A DNA stretch of 58,889 nucleotides from Candidatus Dojkabacteria bacterium (lineage in GTDB: Bacteria; Patescibacteriota; Dojkabacteria; J137), in NCBI GenBank assembly GCA_937944235.1, contig CALDYZ010000039.1:1-58889 (forward strand). The letters run 5' to 3'. Shown in pieces: positions 25,910 through 37,565 of this stretch. A model generated the notes under the pieces. That model saw only the letters and a list, made by a program, of their open reading frames with translations. It made no database searches and had not been told where the DNA came from. Positions within the stretch are counted from its first letter, which is position 1, and each line of letters starts with the position of its first letter. The translations under genes and the position numbers were made by a program.

Positions 25910-27157
25910 CTAAAAACCAATCAAGTTACCAGCTTGATATATCGGCAAGTAAACAGCTAAAGCCATAAAAGCAACTAGTAATCCAACCACTATCAGCATA
26001 AAAGGTTCTATACTTTTTGTCAAGTTTTCTCCCATTTGACTCACTTCGGTCATAAAATAAGTATACATATCATTCAACACTGATACCAAACTACCTGACT
26101 CCTCCGCTGACGCTAAAACTGCAACTAATAACTGCGGATAAGCAGTTTTCTCATCATTATTTTCAGTTAATGCCACAGATAGAGCCTTACCATTTGTAAC
26201 AGCATTTTTAGTTCTTACTATTATATCTGAAAAGTATTTATTTGATAGTGAATTAGCAGTTATATCTAAAGCGTCTATAATACTTAAACCGCTCTCTAAT
26301 AACATTGATAATATTCTCATACTATTTGCTATGCTATATCCTTTTAACAATGAGCCAAATATAGGCATTCGCAAAATCATTCTATCTAATCTGATCCTTC
26401 CGTATAAAGTTGAATAATAGTATCTAATTGCTAAAATCAGAAAAATCACAACCAAAAATAAAACAACCAAATTAAGTGGATTAAGAAAAAAATTAGCAAC
26501 TGTTATCAAAATAGAAGTTGGTATGGGTAAGTCATCAACACCAAAACTTGAGTAGAGTAACTTAACCTGAGGCACCATAAAAAAAATCATAATAAATACA
26601 ACAACAAATATAACAACGAGGATGATACTTGGATATATCAAAGCACTCTTTATTCTTGATCGTAATTCTCTGTTTTTAAGATTGTCATCTTTAATCTTTC
26701 GTAAAATTTCGACCAAATTTCCGCTTTTTTCTCCAGCTCTTATCAAACTAACTTCCACATTATTTAATATACCTGACTCAATGGTAAATGCTTCAGACAA
26801 ATTTTTACCTGATAAAATTAGATTATATATTCTTCTTAATTTTTCACCAAGAGACGCTTTCCATTTTTGATTAATTAATATCTCAAAAACTGTATTTATA
26901 TTTATACCTGACGACATCATTGTGTAAACTTGTGTCAAAATGACAATTTTATCTTTAAAAGATATACCTGTGAGTTCTTTATTCAGTAAATTTTTAAAAT
27001 TATTTCTAATATCCTCTTGGATGGACAAGATAACTAAATTTTGTTTTTTTAATGATTCTTCCACTTCAAAAATATTTGAAGCACTAACAGTTCCATTAAC
27101 CCTTTCAGCATCTTGATTTATAGCCAAATATCTGTACTTTCCCATATTAAATAACAC
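25910..27157 (-). CDS. pilC: Type IV pilus platform protein PilC (GspF family)
   Basis: 415 aa with two GspF-type repeats and three TM regions. It sits between pilT and pilA. Confidence 0.88.
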   Translation of the reverse strand: MLFNMGKYRYLAINQDAERVNGTVSASNIFEVEESLKKQNLVILSIQEDIRNNFKNLLNKELTGISFKDKIVILTQVYTMMSSGININTVFEILINQKWKASLGEKLRRIYNLILSGKNLSEAFTIESGILNNVEVSLIRAGEKSGNLVEILRKIKDDNLKNRELRSRIKSALIYPSIILVVIFVVVFIMIFFMVPQVKLLYSSFGVDDLPIPTSILITVANFFLNPLNLVVLFLVVIFLILAIRYYYSTLYGRIRLDRMILRMPIFGSLLKGYSIANSMRILSMLLESGLSIIDALDITANSLSNKYFSDIIVRTKNAVTNGKALSVALTENNDEKTAYPQLLVAVLASAEESGSLVSVLNDMYTYFMTEVSQMGENLTKSIEPFMLIVVGLLVAFMALAVYLPIYQAGNLIGF

Positions 27158-28463
27158 CTTTACTTTTGAGCAAACTAATGTAATTACTCATTGAAATCAT
27201 ACCTTCATTTACACTTGTGGTTATAACATTGTTTATCTGATCAATCTCATCCTTTTTAATTAAATTCTGTATTGCATTGTTAACAAACATTAATTCAATT
27301 GCGGGTACAACACCACCATTAATAGTGCGTATTAGCTGCTGAGTTAACACAGCTCTCAAAGAAGATGCTATTGATATCCTAGCTAGAGATCTTTGCTCGC
27401 CTGGAAACATATCAATCATTCTTTGAATAGTTGAAGAAGCGGAATTAGTGTGCAAAGTCGCTAAAACTAAATGTCCCGTTTCCGACAACTTTAGAGATGC
27501 TGCCAATGTCTCTACATCTCTTATTTCTCCAACCATTAATACATCTGGATCTTGACGTAAAGCTGATTTTATTCCAGACTCCCAATCCATAAAATCAACC
27601 AAAAAATTTCTTTGATTTATAATTGACATACCCTTTGGATATATGTATTCTATTGGATCCTCTAAAGTAATTATTTTTTTCTGTTGAGATAAATTCAAAT
27701 AATTTATTAAACTCGCTAGAGTGGTTGTTTTTCCACTTCCTGTAGATCCAGTAATTAAAACCAATCCATTGTCAAATTTTACCAAACTACTTAAACTTGC
27801 AGGTAATGACAATTCATCCAAAGTCTTAATTTTCTCTGGGATCAGTCTTATGGATATCGAGTACCCGCCTACTACTTTTGCAATGTTCACTCTTAGACGT
27901 GTACCTCCAACACTTATTCCAAAATCTGTGCTGTCTTTAGACAGTAATTCAGACAATAGATTACGAGAACTGACCACATCATATCTATTCATCTCATTTA
28001 TATATCCTATAATCGTTTGACTCGTTATCACCTGAGACTTCAACATAATTAGTTCTTTGACTTTTCTTGCATAGACCCTATACCCAGGATTGATATGTAT
28101 ATCCGAGGCATTTAAATTCAATGCTTCGGTTATGATATCAATCAAACTGTAACTTTTCTTTGTTAATTCCATATTTTGTAAAAGTTTTGGTTGATCTGAT
28201 ATTGCTACTTGTTGATTGCTCATATTTTCATTTATCCTATCTGCGTTTTGCAGTACTTCAAATGAAATTTCACTTTTTTCTTGTTTACTCAAATTAAAAT
28301 TGCCATTACTTTGTTGTGAATTATTATCAACAAAGTCAGTTTGATTAACAAAATTTGCTGGCTGATTTGAACCAATATGCTGTTGAGCACCGGCCACATC
28401 TCTAAACAAACCTTCTTTTCTATTTTTTTTATCCCTAATATTTAGAATAGTCTGTATCGGCAT
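27147..28463 (-). CDS. pilT: PilT-type retraction ATPase with an N-terminal Q/N-rich extension
   Basis: 438 aa. Motifs seen: ASDIHI, Walker A GSTGSGKTTT, ITLEDPIEY, LRQDPDVLMVGEIRD and TGHLVLATLHTNSA. The first roughly 105 aa are low-complexity N/Q/S-rich. Confidence 0.88.
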   Translation of the reverse strand: MPIQTILNIRDKKNRKEGLFRDVAGAQQHIGSNQPANFVNQTDFVDNNSQQSNGNFNLSKQEKSEISFEVLQNADRINENMSNQQVAISDQPKLLQNMELTKKSYSLIDIITEALNLNASDIHINPGYRVYARKVKELIMLKSQVITSQTIIGYINEMNRYDVVSSRNLLSELLSKDSTDFGISVGGTRLRVNIAKVVGGYSISIRLIPEKIKTLDELSLPASLSSLVKFDNGLVLITGSTGSGKTTTLASLINYLNLSQQKKIITLEDPIEYIYPKGMSIINQRNFLVDFMDWESGIKSALRQDPDVLMVGEIRDVETLAASLKLSETGHLVLATLHTNSASSTIQRMIDMFPGEQRSLARISIASSLRAVLTQQLIRTINGGVVPAIELMFVNNAIQNLIKKDEIDQINNVITTSVNEGMISMSNYISLLKSKGVI

Positions 28464-28473
28464 ATAAAATATA

Positions 28474-30303
28474 CTAATATCTAACTCTGAACACCTCCTT
28501 TAACGAAGTATCTCCATCCAACACTCTAAGAATACCATCTTGTAACAAAGTTATCATTCCATTTTGTACAGCTAAACTTTCAATTTCACTTTCAGATGAG
28601 TTATTTTTAACCAAACTTAAAATATCTTTATTAGCCACCAAACATTCAAAGATACCTATACGTCCAATATAACCTGTATCTTCACATCTAGAACAGCCTA
28701 CTGGTTCATAAACATTTTCATCAATTTCATTAAGTTTATCCTTATACATTTTACCAAAAGAACTGTCTTTAAACTGTTGATTTATGGAGTCGAATACATT
28801 TCTTATAAACGACTTATCAATTTCAGTTAAATTTGCTTTTCTTTTACAATAAGGACACAATTTTCTAACTAATCGTTGACCTATAGACATTTTAATAGTG
28901 GATAGTAAAACATATTTTTCAACTCCCATATCTATCAATCTTGTAAACGTACTTGCTGCACTATTGGTATGTAAAGTGGTGTAAACCATCCTTCCTACCA
29001 ACGAAGCCTGTATAGCCAGAGTAGCAGTTTCATGATCTCTAATTTCACCTACCATAATGTAATCAGGATCTTGACGCAAAAAAGCCCTTAAACCATTAGC
29101 GAAATTAAGTCCTACTTCTGGATTTACTTGAACATGATTTACACCATCTATCCTTACCTCAACAGGGTCTTCTAGTGTAATTATATTAACACTTGGTTTG
29201 TTTATCATACTCAAAATTGTAGATAGTGTTTTAGTTTTTCCGCTACCTGTAGGGCCTGTAACGAATACTATACCTTGAGTAGTATTTATTATATTCTTCG
29301 TGAATTCTAAATTATAGTATCTTAATCCAAGTTCTTCTAAGGATATAATAGAAACATTTCTTTCCAATATTCTCATAACCACTTTTTCACCATAAACTGT
29401 TGGTATGCTAGAAACCCTCACATCTACAATTAAGTTAGAAGATTTATAATCAAACCTACCATCTTGTGGAATTCTATGCTCATCTATCTTCATGTCAGAC
29501 AAAATCTTTATTCTTGCCAACAAAGGAGGATGTAAATTAATATTGTTTATAGACATTTTTTCTATCAATACACCAGATAACCTAAAACGCACAACGATTT
29601 TATTTTCTTTTGGTTCAATATGTATATCCGATGCTTTATGATTAACTGCATAATCAAGTATCATGTTTACTATATTAACAACAGAAGATTCTTCAAAACT
29701 ATTATTATTTTTTGTTACATGATCTACTCTCTTATTAAAGTTATTGTTGAGTTCTCCGGTAAAAATTGCTGAATACTCTTTATCTAGGGTTGACTTTATT
29801 TTGTCCGGGTTAGTATAAAACAAATTATTTACTTTAATTTTGATAATTGATTCTAGTAATTTAACACCTTGCAGATCCAACGGATCTTTCATAGCCAAAC
29901 TTAAGCCGCTATTTATATTTTCGGATGTAGTACTTAAATTCGGGATAACGTCTAAATTTACAGGTATAAAATTATGGTCATAAAATATGTCTTTGTTAAC
30001 TTTGCTCAAAATATCTTTATTTGGTAAAACATCATCTAAATCTATGTATTTCCAATTTTTAAACTCTGCATAATATCTGTGGTATAAATCTATGTTGTTT
30101 ATATCCCAAGACTCATAAACCACTTCTTCCATTTTTTTCGATTCTTTTAATGCCCGTAATTTTAATTCATTGGCTTTATCAGTATTTAAATAATTTTTAG
30201 TGATCAAAAAATCTACGAAGTTTCTGCTATCCAAGTAAGTATTAAGTGGAGAAAATTTTGTGTTTACATTCGATTTTGTTGTTTGTAACGGTGTAACATC
30301 CAT
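28474..30303 (-). CDS. pilB: PilB/GspE-type pilus extension ATPase
   Basis: 609 aa. Motifs seen: ASDIHIEP, Walker A GPTGSGKTKT, LRQDPDYIMVGEIRD, and the tetracysteine motif CPYCK...CSRCEDTGYIGRIGIFE. Confidence 0.92.
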   Translation of the reverse strand: MDVTPLQTTKSNVNTKFSPLNTYLDSRNFVDFLITKNYLNTDKANELKLRALKESKKMEEVVYESWDINNIDLYHRYYAEFKNWKYIDLDDVLPNKDILSKVNKDIFYDHNFIPVNLDVIPNLSTTSENINSGLSLAMKDPLDLQGVKLLESIIKIKVNNLFYTNPDKIKSTLDKEYSAIFTGELNNNFNKRVDHVTKNNNSFEESSVVNIVNMILDYAVNHKASDIHIEPKENKIVVRFRLSGVLIEKMSINNINLHPPLLARIKILSDMKIDEHRIPQDGRFDYKSSNLIVDVRVSSIPTVYGEKVVMRILERNVSIISLEELGLRYYNLEFTKNIINTTQGIVFVTGPTGSGKTKTLSTILSMINKPSVNIITLEDPVEVRIDGVNHVQVNPEVGLNFANGLRAFLRQDPDYIMVGEIRDHETATLAIQASLVGRMVYTTLHTNSAASTFTRLIDMGVEKYVLLSTIKMSIGQRLVRKLCPYCKRKANLTEIDKSFIRNVFDSINQQFKDSSFGKMYKDKLNEIDENVYEPVGCSRCEDTGYIGRIGIFECLVANKDILSLVKNNSSESEIESLAVQNGMITLLQDGILRVLDGDTSLKEVFRVRY

Positions 30304-30389
30304 AGTTATATTTGATATTATTTTTTATATTACTGTTTGAAGTACTACAAATATATAGTAATAATATTACAAGTTTATTGCAATTAAAA

Positions 30390-31022
30390 ATGTTCTATAT
30401 TCCTATAATCATTAAAAATTACGGACAGTTAACACTTAAAGAATTGTTATCTGACTTTATAAGCAAAAAAATAGACGTGGAAAATAACTTATCTAATGTT
30501 TTTGTCCTCAATAAAAATTACGATGGAGAGAACAGGCAATACATAGGGTTGGATGCTTTGAAAGCTTACTTTAAACAACTTTTTCTAAAGCACGATACCA
30601 CTAAAATTTATATTATCCTAGACGCTGATTTGTTAACCGATGAAGCTCAAAACTACTTACTCAAAGTTCTTGAAGAACCAAATCAAAACATAGCTATATT
30701 TTTAGTTGATAATGCTAACAACATGAAAATTAATTTACTAGCAACCATTCAATCTAGATGTTTAGTATATTATCTTAGAGGTACAGATTCATCTAATGAT
30801 AAATCTCAAAATGGTGATTTAGATTTATTAAATCCTGAAAGTTATAATTTTCAATTGCTCTATCATCAATTCATAAATAAAATTACTAAAATTGGTAGAA
30901 AACCCTCATTATTAGAATGTGACGACTTCTTTAAACACATACTAACGTCACAAAATACTGAATTATTGACAACCCTTTTTTTAATTGACTTAATTATTTC
31001 AAAAAAATATAATTTGGAATAA
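30390..31022 (+). CDS. holB: DNA polymerase III delta-prime-like clamp-loader subunit (no P-loop)
   Basis: The track ORF starts at TTG 30312 and ATG 30390 is more plausible. YIILDADLLTDEAQNYLLKVLEEP and the sensor-1-like ATIQSRC are present. No GxxGxGK motif is present. Confidence 0.6.
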   Translation: MFYIPIIIKNYGQLTLKELLSDFISKKIDVENNLSNVFVLNKNYDGENRQYIGLDALKAYFKQLFLKHDTTKIYIILDADLLTDEAQNYLLKVLEEPNQNIAIFLVDNANNMKINLLATIQSRCLVYYLRGTDSSNDKSQNGDLDLLNPESYNFQLLYHQFINKITKIGRKPSLLECDDFFKHILTSQNTELLTTLFLIDLIISKKYNLE

Positions 31023-31059
31023 TGATTCTATTTTCTATTGTTATTTTATCTTTTTGTAT

Positions 31060-31686
31060 ATGAGTGTTAATTTAAAAAAATTCTATTTCCTTTTATATAC
31101 ATGGAGTAGCACCATAATGTTCGCTATATTGGTATTGTGGTTGTCACAGATTCCTAATTTATCTGTTGCTTCTGATACAATGACTGACGAGATCGTGAAA
31201 GTAAGTTTTAGAATGACAATGTACGCAATTTTTTTTATATTGGTTTATAGATCATTTATACTAACTTTAAAAAGTACAGTGTTAAGGCTATCTAAGTGGA
31301 GATCTAAGAGAGAACAAGAAGAAGACAAAGAATTTGTATTTATAATAGAGACTCTTGTTTTAATTGCAACTATTTTTATTACCATCTGTTTTAGTTTTTT
31401 TGAGGAATACTCTCAAATAATGATAATGGGTAGAAATAATTCAAACCCTGTCGTTGCTTGTTCTATAGCTAATCTGCAGACAGGTATTTTAGAAAACTCA
31501 AGTTGCTTTCAGGCGTCATCTTTAAGTGAAGCTAACAAAGACGTTTTAGTTAGTATAATGTCTATCTTACTAACCGCTATTATCGTGTATTCTTTACCGA
31601 TTATTGGGGAATTAGAGGTCGCAATAAAGTACAAACTAGTCAATGTAGTAAAAAGGTTAAAGAAAGATAATAATAATAATACATAG
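31060..31686 (+). CDS. Hypothetical membrane protein (weakly VanZ-like)
   Basis: About 208 aa with roughly 4 TM segments. The VanZ resemblance is loose (DEIVKVSF..YAIFFILVY; EEYSQ...R...KDVLVS). Confidence 0.3.
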   Translation: MSVNLKKFYFLLYTWSSTIMFAILVLWLSQIPNLSVASDTMTDEIVKVSFRMTMYAIFFILVYRSFILTLKSTVLRLSKWRSKREQEEDKEFVFIIETLVLIATIFITICFSFFEEYSQIMIMGRNNSNPVVACSIANLQTGILENSSCFQASSLSEANKDVLVSIMSILLTAIIVYSLPIIGELEVAIKYKLVNVVKRLKKDNNNNT

Positions 31687-31720
31687 TTGTGATTTACAGA
31701 AGTTTTCTAATTTTGAAGAT

Positions 31721-33661
31721 ATGCTAGATCAAGATCAATATTCAGCGACGAACATAACAATTTTGAAGGGATTAGAAGCCGTAAGGAAACGACCTGCAAT
31801 GTATATAGGTGGGACTGATGTAAATGGTCTACATCATTTGGTATGGGAAATAGTAGATAACTCAATTGATGAAGCTCTAGCAGGATATGCTGACACTATA
31901 ATAGTAATCCTAAACAAAGACAAATCTATAACAATAAGAGATAATGGTAGAGGAATTCCAGTTGACATACATCCAGAAGAAAAAATTAGCGCTTTACAAA
32001 TAGCTGCGACTGTATTACACGCAGGTGGTAAGTTCGATAATAAAACTTACAGAGTTAGCTCAGGCTTGCATGGTGTGGGACTGTCTGTTACTAATGCATT
32101 GAGTAAATATTGTCGAATCAAAGTATTTAAAGATAACAAAATATATTTTCAGTCTTATAAAAAAGGTATTCCTGATGATATAGTGAGAGAAATAGGTTAC
32201 ACATCAGAAAATGGTACAGAAGTAACTTTTTTGCCGGATGACGAAATATTTTCTACATTAGATTTTAATTTTAAATTGATAAGTAATAGATTAAGACAAC
32301 ATGCGTACCTAAATAGTGGAATTAATTTCGTCCTAGTTGATAACAGAACAGACATGACAAACCAATCAAAAGCATCAAAAAATGTGATTTATCGTTTTAA
32401 GGGAGGTCTTAAGTCTTATGTTAAAAATTTAAATTCGGTAGAAAAGGTTATACAAAAAAATATATTTCACGTAAAAAAATCAATAGATGATATAGAAGTA
32501 GAGGTAGCGATACAATATACAGAAGATATCCAGACAAACGAAATCGCTTTTGCAAACAATGTGTTAAATCCTGACGGAGGAACTCACTTATCTGGATTGA
32601 GAATGGCATTAACTAGATCAATAATAAACTATCAAAATGAATATGCCCCTGAAAAAGAAAAATCAATAAAGTTAACAGGAGATGATATAAGAGAAGGTTT
32701 GACTGCTGCAGTAGCTGTCAAATTATCTAATCCTCAATTTGAAGGTCAAACTAAAGGAAAATTGAACAACGTTGAGGTTACCCACGCTGTTAGAAGAGTA
32801 GTAGAGGAATCTCTAAGTTATTTTTTACAAGAAAACCCTGTTGATGCGAAATTGATACTAAACAAGATATTGCTAGCAAGTAAAGCAAGAGCTGCTGCCA
32901 AGGCTGCAAGGGAAAGTATTATCAAAAAAAGCATATTTGATAGTGGTGATTTACCTTCGAAGTTAGCGGACTGTTCAGATAAAGATCCTATAAAGAGGGA
33001 GTTATTTATAGTAGAAGGAGATTCGGCGGGAGGTTCCGCCAAAACAGGTAGAGATAGAAACTTTCAAGCAGTATTGCCTATGTTTGGGAAACCTATCAAT
33101 TCAGAAAGATATCGTTTAGATCGTGTTTTAGCTAATATCGCTATAAATGATCTAATTAAAGCATTAGGTTGTGGTATAGGAGAAAACTTTGATATCAAAA
33201 AACTCAGGTATCACAAGATAATATTAATGTCAGATGCCGATGTAGATGGATCACATATAAGAACTCTTATGCTAACTTTATTTTACAGACATTTAAAGCC
33301 CTTACTGGACTTGGGTTATGTATACATTTCTCAACCTCCTTTGTACAAGGTTATATTGTCAGCAAACAGAAGTATCTGGGTTAAGGATGATAAAGAAATG
33401 AAAAAAATAGAACAAGAAATTATTAATAAAACCGGTAAAAATCAGCCTATAGTAAAACAAAGATTTAAAGGATTAGGAGAAATGAACCCAGAGCAGCTAT
33501 GGGAAACTACGTTAAATCCTCAAACTAGAACTTTAAAGCGAATAACAATAAGTGATGGAGAACTTGCAAATAAAATGTTTGACATATTGATGGGGGAAGA
33601 AGTGATGCCCAGAAGATTATTTATCGAAGAGAATAGCAATTTAGCAGAATTAGATATTTAA
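31721..33661 (+). CDS. gyrB: DNA gyrase subunit B
   Basis: 646 aa. Motifs seen: [33 protein letters not shown], the Toprim motif EGDSAGG and DADVDGSHI. Confidence 0.97.
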   Translation: MLDQDQYSATNITILKGLEAVRKRPAMYIGGTDVNGLHHLVWEIVDNSIDEALAGYADTIIVILNKDKSITIRDNGRGIPVDIHPEEKISALQIAATVLHAGGKFDNKTYRVSSGLHGVGLSVTNALSKYCRIKVFKDNKIYFQSYKKGIPDDIVREIGYTSENGTEVTFLPDDEIFSTLDFNFKLISNRLRQHAYLNSGINFVLVDNRTDMTNQSKASKNVIYRFKGGLKSYVKNLNSVEKVIQKNIFHVKKSIDDIEVEVAIQYTEDIQTNEIAFANNVLNPDGGTHLSGLRMALTRSIINYQNEYAPEKEKSIKLTGDDIREGLTAAVAVKLSNPQFEGQTKGKLNNVEVTHAVRRVVEESLSYFLQENPVDAKLILNKILLASKARAAAKAARESIIKKSIFDSGDLPSKLADCSDKDPIKRELFIVEGDSAGGSAKTGRDRNFQAVLPMFGKPINSERYRLDRVLANIAINDLIKALGCGIGENFDIKKLRYHKIILMSDADVDGSHIRTLMLTLFYRHLKPLLDLGYVYISQPPLYKVILSANRSIWVKDDKEMKKIEQEIINKTGKNQPIVKQRFKGLGEMNPEQLWETTLNPQTRTLKRITISDGELANKMFDILMGEEVMPRRLFIEENSNLAELDI

Positions 33662-33663
33662 AT

Positions 33664-36330
33664 ATGACAAATGTAGAAAAAAATTATACATATAATTTGC
33701 CGTACTTTGACTCTAACCATATAAGAGATTTTGAACCTTCTGAAAAGGTAGAAATAGTGGAAGAATTAAAAAAAAGCTATATAGATTACGCTATGAGCGT
33801 GATTATATCCAGAGCTTTACCTGATTTAAGAGACGGACTAAAGCCTGTACAGAGAAGAATTCTATATGCTATGTACAATATGAACATTTTACCTGGTACA
33901 CCCTACAAGAAAGTGGCAAGAATAGTTGGAGATGTTATAGGTAAATATCATCCACACGGAGATAGTTCCGTAACCGATGCATTAGTAAGAATGGGCCAAG
34001 ATTTCAATATGAGATACCCTTTGATTGATGGTCAAGGTAATTTTGGATCTTTAGACGGAGATCCTGCTGCAGCTATGAGATATATAGAGGCAAGATTGTC
34101 AAAAATCGGACTAGAGCTCTTAGAAGGAGTAGATTATACATGTGATTTTATTTCTAATTATGATGGAAATGAGCTTGAACCAATAATACTACCTGCTAAA
34201 TTTCCTAATATTTTAATAAACGGATCCGAAGGTATAGCAGTAGGTATGGCCACTAAAATACCTCCCTACAACCTGACAGAAATATCCAATGGAATTGTTT
34301 ATATGATACAAAATGGCAAATTAAATAGAGGTAATTTAGATAAAAATGTTGATTATTCAAAAGATATACAAAATTTAAATGATATAAAAAAGTTACCAAA
34401 AAATAGATTTCCAGAATTTTTAACAGACATTAATACAGATAATCTAATGCATTATATCAAAGCACCAGATTTTCCAACTGGAGGAGAAATTTTATGGACA
34501 AATGATATAAAAAATATACTAGATCATGGGAAAGGCTGTATAACTATAAGAGGAGTAACAAAGATAGAGAAGTTAGATGGTGGTAAAAACTGTAGGATAG
34601 TAATAACAGAAATACCTTACCAAGTAAATAAATCCAGTCTAGTAGCAAAAATAGTTCAACTAGTTAAAGAAAAAAAATTAGATGGCATATCAGATTTAAG
34701 AGATGAGTCAAACAAAGAAGGAATTCGAATTGTTTTAGAAATAAAAAAGGATGTAAATCCTCAAACAATAATAACAAAGCTATATAAACTAACGGAAATG
34801 CAAAAAAATTTTAGCGCCAACATAATTGTTTTACACAAAGGTCAACCTAAGGTTATGGGAGTAAGAACTATATTGAAAAATTTCATAGAATTTAGAATAG
34901 AGATCAACATTAGGCAAAAAGAACACGATCTGGCAAAAGCAAAAGAACGAGAGCACATATTACAAGGTTTGATGATAGCAGTTAACCACATAGACGAAAT
35001 AATAGCAATTATTAAATTCTCAAAAGATTCGGAAGAAGCAAAAAATAATTTATGTAAAAAATATGTGCTTTCAGAAATACAAGCCCAAGCTATATTGGAC
35101 ATGCAGTTAAGGAGACTTGCAGCTTTGGAGAGAGAAAAAATAGATCAAGAGTATCATGAAACAGTCGATAAAATAAGAGAAATTTTAGAGTTGCTAAATG
35201 ATGATGAGAAGTTACTTATGCTATTGATAGATCAAACTAAAGAATTAAGTAAAAAATATGAAGATGACAGGAGGACCGCAATAAATATGTCTGATGCAAA
35301 AGATATTCCCTTAGAAGAAACCATACCAAATACAAAAACATTAATTACTTTATCTGAAAAGGGATACATAAAGAGAGTGGAATTTAATAATAATAAAATA
35401 CAAAACAGAGGAGGGGCGGGGAAAAAAATTGCAACTACAAAACACGAGGATTTCATAAAACACATTTTACCTTGTATGACACATGATGAAATAATGTTTT
35501 TTTCGGATTTTGGCAAAGTTTATTCAATAAAAGCTTATGAAATTCCAGAGTCATCAAACACATCTAAAGGCATTCCAATAATAAACTTGATAAAAATAGA
35601 TCCGTCAGAAAATATAACAAGTATTTTGACTAAAAACACAAAAGGAGAAGTTTTTGATGAAGACATAAAACAAGAAGAAAGTGAATCATATATTTTTAAT
35701 GGTATCACAAACAACTCTAAAAATAATAAATTTGAATATTTATTAATGGCTACAAAACTAGGCATGGTAAAAAAAACAAGTATATTAGAATTTCAAAATA
35801 TAAGATCAAATGGATTAATAGCGATCAATTTACATGAAAAAGACAAATTAATTTGGGTTAAACCAACCACCGGTTCTCAAAATGTTTTATTAATTACTAA
35901 AATGGCTAAGTCTATTCACTTTTCAGAAAGAGATGTTAAGGAGACCGGAAGATCTAGTCAAGGAGTTAGAGGTATTAAGCTAAAAGATGGAGATGAAGTT
36001 ATATCGATGGACATTGTGAGACCAACAGAGAATCTAATTTTGACTATTTCGGAAAATGGGTATGGTAAAGTTACGAATTTAAGCCACTTCACAATACAAA
36101 AGCGAGGTGGATCTGGTATTCTAGCTGCCAAAATAAATGCAAAAACAGGTAATTTAGTTATTGGTAGAATTATTGACCATCCTAATAAGGAATTAATGAT
36201 CGTAAGTAGATTTGGACAAGCTATTAAAATCAACACCAACAATTTACCTCTAAGAAACCGTCAAACTTCAGGTGTAATTCTCATTAGATTAAAAAATGAA
36301 GATAAAGTATCTGCTGTAGCCATTGTGTAA
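33664..36330 (+). CDS. gyrA: DNA gyrase subunit A
   Basis: 888 aa. Motifs seen: [24 protein letters not shown], and AAAMRY (carrying the catalytic Tyr). A C-terminal beta-pinwheel region follows. Confidence 0.97.
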   Translation: MTNVEKNYTYNLPYFDSNHIRDFEPSEKVEIVEELKKSYIDYAMSVIISRALPDLRDGLKPVQRRILYAMYNMNILPGTPYKKVARIVGDVIGKYHPHGDSSVTDALVRMGQDFNMRYPLIDGQGNFGSLDGDPAAAMRYIEARLSKIGLELLEGVDYTCDFISNYDGNELEPIILPAKFPNILINGSEGIAVGMATKIPPYNLTEISNGIVYMIQNGKLNRGNLDKNVDYSKDIQNLNDIKKLPKNRFPEFLTDINTDNLMHYIKAPDFPTGGEILWTNDIKNILDHGKGCITIRGVTKIEKLDGGKNCRIVITEIPYQVNKSSLVAKIVQLVKEKKLDGISDLRDESNKEGIRIVLEIKKDVNPQTIITKLYKLTEMQKNFSANIIVLHKGQPKVMGVRTILKNFIEFRIEINIRQKEHDLAKAKEREHILQGLMIAVNHIDEIIAIIKFSKDSEEAKNNLCKKYVLSEIQAQAILDMQLRRLAALEREKIDQEYHETVDKIREILELLNDDEKLLMLLIDQTKELSKKYEDDRRTAINMSDAKDIPLEETIPNTKTLITLSEKGYIKRVEFNNNKIQNRGGAGKKIATTKHEDFIKHILPCMTHDEIMFFSDFGKVYSIKAYEIPESSNTSKGIPIINLIKIDPSENITSILTKNTKGEVFDEDIKQEESESYIFNGITNNSKNNKFEYLLMATKLGMVKKTSILEFQNIRSNGLIAINLHEKDKLIWVKPTTGSQNVLLITKMAKSIHFSERDVKETGRSSQGVRGIKLKDGDEVISMDIVRPTENLILTISENGYGKVTNLSHFTIQKRGGSGILAAKINAKTGNLVIGRIIDHPNKELMIVSRFGQAIKINTNNLPLRNRQTSGVILIRLKNEDKVSAVAIV

Positions 36331-36647
36331 ACTAGGTAATTAAAACTATAGTAGATATAGTGGAGTTTAAAAAATGACAGTTTTAGACGAGTCACAAGTG
36401 TTTACAAATTACTGAGTATAATGTATCTTATATTTAGTTAAATATCGATATCATAATGCATATATTGATTATTATTTATTAATTAAAATTTAACAAATTT
36501 GCTTGTTTGCTTGTTTTACTTTAATTATTAAAATAATAAAAAAATGGAAATTTTGTACGTTAACTTTTTATTTACTAAAAAAAATTTTTTTAAACCTACT
36601 CTCTACCACTCTAATTCTTCAAATGTTTCACAAATATTGTTTCATAA

Positions 36648-37565
36648 CTAAAACAATAACTTGCCATAAATACCCCACTCGCCATTCATTAATACTGTAA
36701 ATAAAATTACCACTAAAACGAAGATGTACTCTATATAGAGACTATGAATATTATTTTGTATTCTATGTTTCGATTCTAATAGAAGATTAAACGTCAAATA
36801 ATACACCAAAGTAATATTTAATGTTTTTAAAAATACGACTATGTTCCAAGGAATTAAAGCAAATATAAACAGTACCATTATTAATACCACAAAAATCGCT
36901 TCCTTTAAGCTCGATAAATCGTATGATCTAAGGAGTAAGCTAAATAACTTTTTGTTATTACTTTTATAAGAAGTAGTTGTATTGGTACCTAGGCCGATAT
37001 ATGGATCTCTAAAAACTTCTTGAAATTTACTAAAAAAAGAACTTACATAGACCTGTATGAAAATTGAAATGATTAAGATGGTAAAATACAATATCTTATC
37101 CGTTTCTACGGAACTTAAGAACAAAAAGACATTTATGTAAATAATAAATATAGATAATATAAACTGCGCAGTTCTTGCAACCTGCTCAAGTGGAATGTAT
37201 CTACTTACTGTACCATTAAATAAGTTACTAATATTAACAAGTATGTAATGTACAATAAAAAAAATAATAAAATAAACAAATATATGCCAAAGTAAATATT
37301 CATTTGCTTCATAAACGACAATTAATCTATTAACTAAAAACACCAACGGTGCTATTGACGACAAAGGATAAATTATTACTAATATTAGTGCGTCCTTATG
37401 GATAGCTTTACCTGTAATGATCCAAAATAAGAATATAAAACTAACCGGATATACTATAAAATAAAGTATGTTACTTAAATCTTCCGATACATTGAAACAT
37501 GCCAAAATCAACAAAAAACTTAAATATGCTGAAGTGGATAATATGTATAATCTAGTTTTTTTCAT
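36648..37565 (-). CDS. Hypothetical polytopic membrane protein
   Basis: 305 aa with roughly 8-9 hydrophobic segments. No motif recognised. Its start overlaps the ruvB stop by 14 nt. Confidence 0.4.
   Translation of the reverse strand: MKKTRLYILSTSAYLSFLLILACFNVSEDLSNILYFIVYPVSFIFLFWIITGKAIHKDALILVIIYPLSSIAPLVFLVNRLIVVYEANEYLLWHIFVYFIIFFIVHYILVNISNLFNGTVSRYIPLEQVARTAQFILSIFIIYINVFLFLSSVETDKILYFTILIISIFIQVYVSSFFSKFQEVFRDPYIGLGTNTTTSYKSNNKKLFSLLLRSYDLSSLKEAIFVVLIMVLFIFALIPWNIVVFLKTLNITLVYYLTFNLLLESKHRIQNNIHSLYIEYIFVLVVILFTVLMNGEWGIYGKLLF

Noticed and set aside
30304-31720. A replication origin near gyrB/gyrA, suggested by the strand switch at about 30.3 kb and the AT-rich spacers.
   Set aside because: I found no cluster of DnaA-box-like 9-mers. 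The only 8/9 matches to TTATCCACA lie singly inside coding regions, for example near 20886 and 56876. No dnaA or dnaN is in the window.
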